64,000 nucleotides of DNA from NCBI GenBank assembly GCA_965285935.1, contig OZ260664.1, positions 69,626,001 through 69,690,000 on the forward strand. Direction: 5' to 3'. This document shows positions 27,981 through 40,900 of the stretch, piece by piece (position 1 is the stretch's first letter; each line of letters opens with the position of its first letter). Under the pieces are notes generated by a model. It saw nothing but the letters and a program-made list of their open reading frames with translations, searched no databases and was not told where the DNA came from. Made by a program: the position numbers and the translations under genes. This DNA comes from Ophelia neglecta. Its lineage: Eukaryota.

Positions 27981-30900
27981 TCACTGCAAAGGTTGGCCAC
28001 CGTATTGCGGCCTGTTTACATCCTTGTGACGTTGGTCTAGGATATTCAGGTTCGTGATTGGCGTATTATGGGGTAACCTATTTTCCCGAAACCCTCTGCT
28101 CTTGACACATCCCCGTTTCGACACCAGCCAAGCCTCACAATACTTTTCCAAAGTCGAATTTTTGACAGTTTGTTGTACGCGCAACTGGACCCGACCATCC
28201 TCGGGTCAAGGTCGGAAAGGAGCAACTGCGCCGCCTTCTTGCAGCCTGTTGATAATTAGCATATATATAAAATCCGTCCCTAAACAGTTCCCTAGTTTGT
28301 TTGCTCACATTACTCATAATTAGAGGACTGTCCAGATATTCATCTATGTATGTATGTATTTTAGTATGTGTATAACTACTGTTTTCCGCATCGGGGAAAC
28401 ACTCCAACCACCTAAACACGCTAGAAGCCTCCGAAGCCGTGGTTTGACTGACAAGTGCGTTGACCTCATTTTACGCCAATCACAGAGGCGAACAGGCCAA
28501 CGTTACAGGCGGTAAGTTCAAGGGATTTAAACAAACCGCAAAGCTGTGGTCCGCCTTTGCAGTGAACAAAACAAACTCAGACTGGTGCAGCTCTGGTAAA
28601 ATTGGTTCTATTTATCCTCTGAGACCCTATTAGGCTTCCATAGCCTAGCACCTGAAAGATTGGTTTTTCTGTTATATTTGCAGCATAGTTAATCATTCAT
28701 AGTCTAGGTTAAAACTGACTTTGAACTACACATTGAAACATCCTGTTGTTTGCGTGACTGGTGGGGATAATATAAAAAAAACAGTTCATGGTATATCGCT
28801 CTCCACTTATACCCTTAACGCAGCGGAAATGAAGATGTCAAGTCTGACGGCATTCATGTATGGTTTTCTGATGATGGCAGTTGGCAGACAATTTACTGTT
28901 TTTGCTCATTGGAAAGCTCGCAATGCACTTTTGGATTGTCTATGGGCTATATCTTGCCGATTTGACAATCTGGAACTGAGCACAGGCGATGTTTTCCGCC
29001 CGAACTCAGTTAATCAGCCCAGACAGATTCATTGGATCTCGCTTTTTGCTGCTTTCGTCTCAGGCACGAGATGCATTTCTGGAGAGGCCTTTATTACAAA
29101 TGGGAATTTTCTGATCAAAGGAATAGGCATCAGCACCCATATGACAATAACATCTGCGCAGCTGTGGGCTAGAATTGTCTTGCAAATCTGACTCGCATAG
29201 TAGCTGGAGGCAGAGGCAATGTCAACCTCTAGGACGATATCAACCTTTGAATCTTCAGACATTAGGAATAATGTCTTTAATGTCTTCTGAATACACATTT
29301 CCCATAAATATCAAAGAAATATACCTTGAAGAAAACACGTATCAAAGACAGGTATGATGCTCAAGCTTCACTCACAGTCTACAATAAAGGCCTATATACA
29401 TGGGATCACAACATTAATATTCTTCAAACAATGGGGTCAGACGTCATTCGGCCAACGAACTGATAGCGTCTTGCACTACGGCATCGCTGTATTAAATATT
29501 TGTAACATTTCCGTTCTGGGAAAAACAAGAGGGATGAATCCATCTAAAGTTCGCGCACGTTTCTAATTAGGAGCACGATTTGAAATGGCGTTGTACAAAG
29601 TAGAATTTCACGATCAATGCCTTTTGGCCCATTGTCTGTTTTTTGTACTGGCCTCATATCTGCAGCAAGTTGCATCTATCCTGTTGAAGTTAGCCAGCTC
29701 TATACCCTATACAGGAAGTTTACCCGCCATGGGAATTAACCCAGATAATACCATACCAGAACTATCAGCGTATACTGTTGAAGCTACCAAAGGCAACGCG
29801 GTGATGTCATATAAATGCAGACGATACATTGTGGAGCAACTGAGCAATGAGTGCACATGTGCTGACTAGTTTAAAGCACAGTGGCTGGGTTTTCCAATAT
29901 GGCTGCCAAATTGACGGCTTATTACTGGCAACATAACTGTTAATGGATTACCTATATATTAATTACATTTTCTTTTTACCGGGTAGACAAAAACATGCTG
30001 AGAAGGGATAGGATCCATTGAAATATTGGTCACGAATCAAATAGTACAAATTAAAGTTCAGACAAGGATATGTTTCATTCAGTCTGTTTTTACAAATTCT
30101 ACTAGGCCATCAATGAAAGAAAATGATAAATTGCTTATTACATTGCTGATATCATAATTATAGTCCCATTATTATATTTTCAATCGCCTAAAGGTTTGTG
30201 AAAATATCAAGTGAGCTTGGCTTATTTTCGAGCATTATGATATTTGCCTTTTAAAAACATCTATATATGTAAAATTGCCTATATTTTATTTGCTGTTTTA
30301 GGGATCAAAGTTGCAAATATTAGTAGCCGGCTCGGAAAAACAATTTGTTGAGCCACATGGAAGACCTCGAATACTATTCTGTATTATTTTGAGTTCAAGT
30401 GCATGGTACAAGTTGAGGTTAGACTTCGTTGAAAATCATCAGTCAGGAAGTATATAGTATAACAATAGGTGCAGGGATGTACTACTTGTTAAGTTTTATA
30501 TTGAAAAAAGAAGAGTTTTAAAGTAGTTATGGCTTAATTTCATAACAATGTGTATACTTGCATGAACTTTCCACCTAATTAGGATGCCGCATATCTTATT
30601 TGCAATTTGTTTTATTTTGCTAATTTCCCATGATCATTTCGCATGTTTGCTAAAACCTTTCAAAAAATTCGATATAAAGGTTTTATAAATATAACTGGAG
30701 TTCCATGGAGATATGTTCTCACTTCATATTACAGGGCAACTGATCGGAAGATACGTCAAATGGTGTTCATTACATTTGACAGTGCAGGCCAGGTAGCTGT
30801 AGACTGTTAGTGAGGTTTTCCACCAGGACAATCAACCCTATTGTGCTGGTTGGACAGAGGCGATGCTATAGAATAAATTAGACCAATGGTGGACTAATTT

Positions 30901-33205
30901 AGTACAAAGGATGCCACCGGAAGGACCAAGTGGACACACTACAGTGTATGTAAATAACGCATTACGTAGATTGGAGCAGACATTTTGTTTATCAACAATG
31001 TTACAGTCCATATATTGAACGAATACAGTGTAACGAGAAAATATACACTCGTGATGACACATGAACTAGTAATTTATTCTTGAATTGATGCAAAAACAAG
31101 GATGCAAAAAAACCACGCAGCAGTAGTCTGGGTACTTTCCAAGACATATGTCAGTGTTCTAATCATGTCATACAAAGACAGTCAAGATCCTGGCGATACG
31201 GACTCTGACACACGCCTTTAGAACCACTGGTTGTTCGTTGATTGGTCTAAGATGTCACGACCGTAACATGAAGTGATAATGGAAATAGACGGTCTTCTTT
31301 TAGCTATTGGAAGAAGCCATTGTCGTCTCGGATTGTCCATTGTACACATTACTGAAATACATCTGATTAATTCAGTAGTCAATCCTTAGCTGGTCCATCA
31401 TGCAGACTAAATTGGTCGATGACATTAAATATTGTCTGTTCAAATAGTGAAAGTGAGACGTTTTTAATTTGTTATTTCTTTGTGTGTCTCGACTCTACAT
31501 TTCATGTTTTGAATATGACCGTTGACGGCTTAAGACTTAATATATGGCGTTGTGGCAGAACAAATTACTTGGCTGGCGAGCATTCAGGCCATACTATTAA
31601 TATGTTGGTTTAAAAGAGCGCTCTGGTTATTGGAAATTGGAATAAAATTATAAAAGGAAATTGCCAATTGAACTTTTCCCTGTTATACATACCAGGACCT
31701 GTTCTCTAATGTCTTTTTTCTGTTGATTTTAATACAGTTCTTAATGTATCATTTTGACGTTGAAACCAATTCTAATTTTTATTATGGTAAGTTACTAGCC
31801 TATACCATTTTGTTATTTTTCATGTTTCCCTTGTGTAAATTTATCCCATTTTATTTCTTACTTGTTTCCTTCCACCTTGTCGAATATTTTCCTAGACCAA
31901 CGCATTAAAAAATGGTGGCCTTAACATTTATTTAAACATATGTCAGCTTCAACACTTAATGCTAGTTAATTAATCATGGTTATTCCATAATTATAATTCT
32001 ATTAATCATTACATTGCCGATATCATTATCAGTACAAATGTTATACAAACACCAGACCACTAAACAATGTGAATGTGTATCATCAAGTGTGCACATATAC
32101 AGACCCAATAACAAGAACAAGAAGAGAATGGCCGATATATCGGGGTATAAATAATGTATATAATTTATATATCGGCCCATGAATACATGTATGCTCCACC
32201 TCTCCACCACCCCAAACACCCCGTGTACCATCTACCCAACATATGAGAAACCAAGTAGCCGAGTAAGAACCAAAGGAGCGTCCTCTAGTGTTGCAGCATA
32301 TTCGAATAAAATGAACAACATTTAGTAAGACCTTTGTTAACCCCCCCCCCCCCCCACCGCCTTACCCATTCACTATGATAGTGAGTCATGAAAATATTAA
32401 ATATATTTATAAATAGGGCGATAGAGCAAACGAACATGAAAAAGGCAGATTTTTAAAAAATAGGCTCCTTATTTAATTTGAATATACTTCCAGTCTATGA
32501 TAACACCAAAGCCAAACGAAACCCATATAGCGACCATCTCCTTGCTCATAAATGATTACTCATTATTGAGAAAGCTGAGAAAAAGTAATGGAATAATTAA
32601 CGCACTTATATGTAGCACAAACGAATTCTGGAAAAAAAATACACATAAATCAGCCTACTTGCCGATCACATTATCTATTAGTTGCGGCAGTATTACCACA
32701 TACCGACTTGTTTACCAACCGACCATTCTTATGAAAGGTCACGAAGAGGATTAATGTCTGTTGCCAAGTTGCCAATTGTGATAGTTGGTCTTTCGCGGTA
32801 ATGTACACTATACCTGACTGTGAGCCATTTTTTTCTATTCTTTATTCTTTTTGTATATTTTTCGTTACTTATTTTTAGACTTGGCGACCATGCTATGTCA
32901 GTCTTATCCTACTTCATTAATTACGCTGCCTAAAATCCGACATTGAAGACTGGCTACTGTTTACAAACTTCCTTCATTCATCGACTTTAAGAACCGATTT
33001 GCCGACAAAATCATTTAGTCTAAAAAATATCAGATTTCCGTCAGAACTTTTCTCTGTTGGTGATGGAGGAGGACGGTTTTACTTTGATTATTGTTTTGTT
33101 TTTAATTAAATTTCTTTGTTGACGAGAAACATGTTGCCTTTTTTATCTTTATAACTCATGACATTCCCCCTTCCTTTTCTAGTGAACCTTCTGAACGCAA
33201 AATGG

Positions 33206-33360
33206 NNNNNNNNNNNNNNNNNNNNNNNNNNNNNNNNNNNNNNNNNNNNNNNNNNNNNNNNNNNNNNNNNNNNNNNNNNNNNNNNNNNNNNNNNNNNNNN
33301 NNNNNNNNNNNNNNNNNNNNNNNNNNNNNNNNNNNNNNNNNNNNNNNNNNNNNNNNNNNN
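33206..33360. other. Assembly gap (155 N)
   Basis: Run of N, abutting a (TC)n microsatellite. Confidence 1.
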
Positions 33361-33364
33361 CCTG

Positions 33365-33386
33365 ACTCTTTCTCTCTATCTCTCTG

Positions 33387-33418
<32 letters not shown>
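33365..33418. repeat. (TC)n microsatellite, imperfect
   Basis: TCTCTCTATCTCTCTGTCTCTGTCTCTCTCTC... Confidence 0.95.
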
Positions 33419-33423
<5 letters not shown>

Positions 33424-33849
33424 AGCAATCTTATAGCCGCTCAAAATGTCATCGATAGACGTAATCACAATGGGGAAACTAGCCCCAGAGAGGAGTGTGA
33501 CGTTCTTAGCAATGACACGCCAAATAGCAAAAGGGGCACGGAGATTATAATCAAGAGCCATCGATGGCGATAGATGAAGCTACGACAGGTAGATCCTCTC
33601 CTGTAAGTGTGGACAGGTATCAGTCTTGTGCCTACCGGATATCCATTGGCATTCAGTGTCCACCACGCCGCCATTTTTTCAAGCCAGGTTCTACTATTAT
33701 TGACTGCCATAAAAAGTGTTGCAGATGGCAAATGTAATAAGTTGGTCAGCTGACTGTGCTAGTTTCGACAAGCAGTAGCCAATAAATACGATTTAAAGCT
33801 TCACGATTATCAGCTAGCGTTTCGGAGGTGTTTGTAAATCGGTCGAGCC

Positions 33850-33932
33850 GCGAGGGGCGATTGGGAAAGGCGAGGGGCGAGATAAAAAAAGTCGAGGAGC
33901 GAGTTAAAAAACCGAGAGGCCAGGATAAAAAG
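33850..33932 (+). repeat. ~20-bp degenerate tandem repeat (4 copies)
   Basis: GCGAGGGGCGATTGGGAAAG / GCGAGGGGCGAGATAAAAAAAG / TCGAGGAGCGAGTTAAAAAA / CCGAGAGGCCAGGATAAAAA. Confidence 0.75.
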
Positions 33933-36900
33933 CAAGTTGTGTATCAGTCACAGTGTCCGACGCTTCTGTTGAATTAGAAAGGCTGTCACCGCTAAAAGGA
34001 TGGCTCCTTGCTCGATACGAGAATAGCACACTAAGTTTGCTTCGCTATAAGACACATCTTACCGTTGTCAGGTGTGTGCCTCTGTCGAACAAGAAATAAA
34101 ACACCGTTTTGTTTTGCTCGCGGGTTCGAGCCCCTTTCAACCCGGCAAATGATTTGCTTAATTAACTGTAAACATGCACTTATATTTTGTTTTATCTCGT
34201 GTTTCAACATATATTTGGGACTATAGATTTTAATATATTCCTTGCAATAGACAACTGTTTACAGATGTCAACAAGTTGGAAATTTCCCTTCGTTGCAAGT
34301 ATACCCCAATGGTCTTGCAAACATGTTCGTTCGGTGAAGCTGTTTTGTTTCAGTCAATTGCGATTGAATCATTTAATAGCCTATGACCAACAGTATACCT
34401 GTAACAAAAATGTGTTAGGAAATGTCTGGTCGACAAGGAAGTTAATATTTCTTTGTATCTCTAGCCATCGCATGATTAGACTATAAATAGTGTATGGCTG
34501 ACATTTAGAGAATATAAAATGATACTAGTGCTGCCGACCTATTCATGGAGGCGCCACCACAGCGCGTGAAGAGGAAATCCGATTTCCGCTCTTCCCAACA
34601 CGGCACCTTATTCCAATCCGGGGTCTGGTGAAGAGACATTATAAAGACAGGCGGGATATGAAATTACGGAAGCTTATTAATTAGCAAAAATAGGCGCGTC
34701 AGCTTAAAGCAGTCTATCTATGAAGTTGCCCCATCAATTAACTCGCTCATACGATCGAAAATAGCAGGGGGCGCCTTTAGCAGCTCATGTTTATGAGAAA
34801 GATGGATCATTATAAAAATCTTCCGTTATTTCCCTATGAAAGGCTAACATATTTTAATTTGGATTGGCCAAATTTAGTGCGGTAAATCTTGTGACCTATC
34901 CCTACTATTCTTAGTAAGATTTTAGATAGAATGAACTGATCTACATATCATGGAAAAGCAGACGAGTAAACAGACACGTATTACACAAAGAAACATACAC
35001 AAACGTTCAACGTAAACAAGTATTTCATAAAAAGTAAAAGATGGAGGCGGAAAAAATATCAAGGCATAAACATGATAACATGTCTTGGAGCTTGACAAGC
35101 CGGCAAAATGGCAGAAACGACTGCTCTAGTGAACAGGAAAGGGCAGCCAGAGCAGGAGATCTTGATGAACACTAAAAGCCGCTTGGCAGGCTATAGATCG
35201 TGTCAACTGAAATTATAAAATCAATTTTATAATACTTGTAGTACTGATTTAGAGAATACTTTTCATTTTATATGAATCGCTTAAATATTAAACATGGCCT
35301 ATATATCTATTATTATGTAAAATCATCACATTTCTATTCTATTACACCAAGCACCCCTAAAATGACTCTTTATCGATACCTAGGCTATATATGTAAACGC
35401 GTCCGTTTGACCACTCTTTGCCCGGCCATTAAATGCCGAGGAGTGGTGCGTTAGGCCAAGAAACAACGCCGTGCCGATTTGAACAGCATCATCAAATAAA
35501 ATACTCGAAGAAAATATAAAAACTCACAGATAGTTTTGAATGAAAGATTGAACACACCCTGTCAACATATTTCTTTGATACATGTGCGTGGTCGGTTTAT
35601 TTCCATCGACATATTTTGCGCCACCTGTTGTTAAAGCAAAAACAACATATTCTATGATCGATAAGATCGTGCTGAGGATGGGAAGATTCACAGCTACAAA
35701 GAATATTAAATGTCATCTTCTTGGCTCATTAGAGGAGAACTGTAAGCATGTGGACCGTATTTCAAGGTTCTAGATGTGCATGGAATGTTTTTTCCAAAGA
35801 TATATCCGAGTACATTTATAGCAATGAATATGCATTAGTACATTTCAAAGAAAATGAATTCAAGCGTATATCTCTTAGGTAAAGAAATGGCATGCATAAA
35901 TAAACGTGTTGTTTTATATTAATGTTCGGACATGGATATGCACATCGAATCCAGCGAAATAGAGATATTTCTGAATATATCTCAAAGGTGCTCTTGGTGA
36001 AACGAATATAGCATTTACACGTCTCGTGTCCTGGATTAATTAAGTAGAATTATGCAAACGCGGCAATCAAAACAACAGGGTTCTTGTTGTAATGCACTTG
36101 ATTTGTAAGGAATATTGAACAAATAAATACCTATATTTACTCTGAAATAAGCGAGTACGAATTAACCTGCGTTCAACGAACACACCAATCAAGGGAATTC
36201 GATGTGTATTGATTGGGGTAGCGGGAAGCGAGTACCGGGCTGTAAGCTCATTAGCCGAGTCATGGTAAATGTCCGGTGTGTTGTTTCGGTTCGTTCTCGG
36301 GAGATCACATTAATTGCCACATCACGTGTTCTAAAAGAGCTTCTTTATTTGGTCTGCACCGATATCGATCTACTTATCACAAAATGAACTGACTGCACTG
36401 CCAATCAATAACACATCACCACCTATCGGCTTGTTAATGTCGAGATTTAAAGTTGGAAACTCGTCTATATGAAGAACCTTTAGATGTTTTATAATTGCCG
36501 TTTTATCAATATGCTTGATAGCGTTTCACATCGTGGTTTTATTAAGTTTAGGAAAAGCTGTATCCGGACTGTCACAAAAGTAAGGTTAATCGGTACAAGC
36601 CGAAATGCGGTTGTAAATCGGTCGCGAGTTTCCCTTATTAAAGTCACATCCGTTGTATTTTACCTAAGTTTTATTGATAGTTTCTTAATGCAAAATCAAT
36701 GTACATTTTAATTTATAATTCTCTATGGATTTTAATTATCATACGGTGTGTCGATCGCATTGCGTGTCCCGTTTATCGGCAGTGGGGTGTGGAAGTGCCA
36801 GACAAGGGTATCACTAAATCCTGTTAATAGCTAAAGAGAACGACTTGAGACAAACTCCTCCCTTGGTGCTTCCTACATTAATTGCTTCCTGCCTAGGCAT

Positions 36901-37719
36901 AATTTGGAACAAGACATGCTACAAATATTTGGCCCTGCAACTGAAATGACATCATTCCGCTTGAAGGGAGAATGGCGGCCATTTTGAATTCTTCTAATAA
37001 ATAGTTATCTGTCATTAGCTCTATAAAAAAGAAAATAACAAAAAAAGTGTAACCACCAACAGTAACACAGTAATTCGAAAGAAAACACACATAAAACATT
37101 GGGAAAGCGTTATAAACGATGATTATTGGAATAATGGTAGCAGTTTGAATGGCCTATACTTATGCATAGGAAACTCATTACGAGTCGATGACACAACACG
37201 TTTTTGTGTATATGCATTTCTTAAAGTTAGAAAACTCTCATAAGAAATACATATATGAACAAAATTGCATTATTGTGGACCAAATAGCGGTCTTTTTTGA
37301 TTTATTGAAACGAATTAGTGATCAGATAATGGACAGACCGGGGGATGTGTATTCCGCGTCCCTAAAATATCCAGTGAATAATTGCTAATCGCATTTAAAG
37401 ATATCATAGGCCGTTTAGTATAAATATGGCAACAATTTTATTTTCATTTAGATAATGGCAGCCATTTTTAATTGCTTCTTACCTAGAAATGGAAAGTACA
37501 TCGGTTAAACAGTTTTTTCTTGGCACCATGTCTAGAAGTATTCCTAGACATACACAAAACCATTCTGCCATGGACCCCAGCTCCTAAATGCCATATTTTG
37601 ATTTCGCCACCAGGTTATATGATCACACGATCTTTAAAAACATTTTAAAAATGGTTTGACACTAGATTAAATTAGCAAAAGCTTCAGATATTGGCTTCAG
37701 CTTGAGGCAAAAGAAAACA

Positions 37720-37912
37720 ATATTGGCATTCAACAGGAGGTATCGCCTACGACGGCAAGCGGCGTCAGGCAATATCCTCTGCTTCTGGCAAATACAATTC
37801 CATTTTGCCTGTAGTAAACGGCAATGTCTGCTAATATCTAAATCTATTAGCTTTAGCACTTTGATGTTACCTACCGTCGAATCGCACTAAAGCGAATGTT
37901 GAATGCCAATAT
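37720..37912. mobile_element. MITE-like element with perfect 16-bp inverted termini
   Basis: ATATTGGCATTCAACA (37720-37735) and its exact reverse complement TGTTGAATGCCAATAT (37897-37912); TA-flanked. Confidence 0.75.
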
Positions 37913-40900
37913 AGTAGTCGCAAAAAGCCATACTGTCTTTATTTCTGTACGTACACAGTCATTGGAAGACTAAAAGCGAATGTAAATAAAATATAGAAAA
38001 CTTCTTCGAAAATTCCACCCATCATTCCCCCTAGAGTCTATAGTTAAGCGAGGTCGCTCTTTTGGCCTCTTATCTATAAAACCCATTGCCAGCTGTTAGT
38101 TACAAATCTTCTTTTATTTCTTTTAGGAACCATGGAAAGATGGTTCTACAACGCTACCATTGTCCTTATATATGTATATACAATATGAAAATTTGCCTGA
38201 ATAAAATTAAGTTTAAGGTAGGGAATAAATTTAGGATATGTCCCTTCAAGTAGTACATCAATTGAAAGCAGATTGTGTACCTTATTCCGTTCTGGACTCA
38301 TTATAAATTAATTTGAATTGTGGAAAATACACACACAAAATCAATTATTGCAACTCTTGTGGGAAAATATTTGTATGGATGGAGTGGTAGACAGAAACAA
38401 AAACACTTTATAGGTTTTGCAAGTAGGGAGCCGAATACAGGCTGATGGGTGGTCGTATAATGGCATGATGTTTCAGTTCCGTTTCTGATCATCGGATGAT
38501 CAAGACTTTGCATCCCATGTCAACAGAGGCGCCTGGCAACTCGTCTCGGGCTGTAACCATATTGACAGATTAATTGTAGTCCAGTCTCGCCGTCTGCACC
38601 AGGTCTCGCGAGATACAACCAGATCGATTGGTCACACGGTTCGGAAAAATATCTTTGATCGTGATCGCATGATATTGATGTACCTATAGGAGAACTAGGA
38701 GGAAGGGACCCGGGCATGCTCATTCCGTCGTATTGCTTACATGTCCAGCGAAAGAAAAGACCAAAAGCAGGAATAGAAAGCCCTGGAAAAGTTCAAATGA
38801 CTGCTAAGTGCTGGGCGAGACGAAAGCTCTCCGCGTGCTTGACATTTAATGCCTGGTTTGTATTTGTGAGAGTTGGATACGGGCACAAAGACAATTCAGC
38901 AGAGGTTTTTAAGTACACGTTGAGTGTTACCCACTCATATTGTCTAACACATGTAAGCACCCGTTCTTGTGAGAGATACAAGATCGATATGTCCTACTTT
39001 AGGAAAATATTTTATTCAAATCTAGCTTTGCTGTCGGTTTGCTCTAAACTTAAAAGGGGAGTCAGACATGCTCGTGTGGCTGTCTTGTGAGATATAGAGT
39101 GCCACGTGCTTGGTTGATCCTCTACAAAGTAGCCTCAAACGACATATTTATCCTGCTCTTACACCTGATATATGTTATACTACTTGATAAAATAACACTA
39201 CTTGAATATCTGTTTGATCCCTACAAGCTCGGTGACTGAACAGCAATAGCTTCACGGAAGGTATTGCTTTGATTTTATTGTAAAAATTCCTTTCTACTTT
39301 CTCGGTGCTTTCCGCGCTTGAGAAAACAAAGAAATGCAAATTTGAGCAGCTCATTCAATTCAATACATTCAATTCGATACATAACCTATTGACACGTTTT
39401 ATGTTGGCATTTCATGGAGGCAATGATTGAAAAAAGTATCTTGTTGTTCGGAGGCCAATCTATCCATTAGCACTTAAAAAAAATGTCATTTTTCAAATTC
39501 ATAGAAGTATGAACTGAAGAGTGTTATTTTAATATACAAATGGACACACACTCTGGTTTCAAGCAATACCTGCATGTTAACCAATAAAGCTTGTGTTTCC
39601 TGCATCCAGTATGGGAAGCAGATTATTTTGCTGAAAACCCGATTATATTGTCTTTCCAATGACAAAGTGACGAGTGTAGGATCGCATGGGTGCGCATGAC
39701 CGAGTGCGTTCTGGTGATGACGAAAATGTAGTGCTGGATGGCAAGTGGCCTCGATCAAAGAAAAAACACCATTAATCGGTCAGTGGAACTGCCATCGATT
39801 GAAATGACGTTCTGTCGCCATTGACGTGACGTGTAAGTTCCGCTACTGATCAAAAGTCTTCGATCCAATGGAGTGTAGACGCCTCGAACCTGTTTCTGAG
39901 CTGTGAACCCATTTGACAAGTTAATTGTGAATGTCCGGTCATGCCGCCTGCACGAGGTCCCCAGGGATGAACATTGATCGGTCTATCACATGTGCGGGAG
40001 AAGCCTCTTCCATCACTACATTGGAGTTTATATCGATCTCAACCGAACAGGATGAACTGACTCAATTTCCTTTATTAAATTGGTTCACAGTCTCTATCAG
40101 TTTGAAACTGTTGGAAGTAACATATTTCAAATTCGGTGAATGTAGGCTTCCTCTTTCTTGAAAGTGATGTTTCAGGCTAATATCTATAAGGTATATCTCC
40201 CTGACATATGAATTCAATTTTTTTTTAGTTTCATCCATAATGAATTAAATGGAAATATATTCAGATTTATTTTTCAGAGTTGCTGTTAGGAACTTTTGCC
40301 TGATTGTACTCCAAGGCGACAATTCTTGCGATTTTTTCCGACTTTTTCCTAGAATTTGCTGTATGTGGTATTTTCCGACGCATTTCCCACAACATAATAT
40401 ATGTATATACATATATATACCCGATCATGACGTTTTTATAATTACAGAACAACTATTCCATTCTTATTAATTCAGCTTCTAATAGGTAACGCAACCAAGA
40501 AAAGACATCACATCATAATATTCTGCCGACAGCCATCTATTCAGCATTGACCTTTTCAATTTATAAATCATAGAGCTGATTGCCTTTATTATTACAGGCC
40601 CATACGCAGGTGGTATGTACTAAATGATCATGATTGTGACTGCAGGTCGACAAGACATTGCCTAGATACCTATCGACATAACGACATCGAACTATACACA
40701 GTTTGTTATTGTTCTTTCATCATTTCTGCGGTGAATAATTATAGATACAATAAAACCCAACTGAATAACATACGAGTAGAAACACATAACCTAAGCCATG
40801 AATGAGGTAGCTGCTCTTTGACAAGACCGAGATAATAAACCACAAAATCGCAATACCAAAACGTGACAATTGCCTTACAAAATTGCCTGGCACATGGCCA

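Noticed and set aside
28203-28226. GGTCAAGGTCGGAAAGGAGCAAC resembles SRP RNA helix 8
   Set aside because: No Alu domain, helix 5/6 or other 7SL similarity around it.
33156-33573. ORFs spanning the N gap and (TC)n repeat
   Set aside because: Artefacts of Ns and microsatellite translation.
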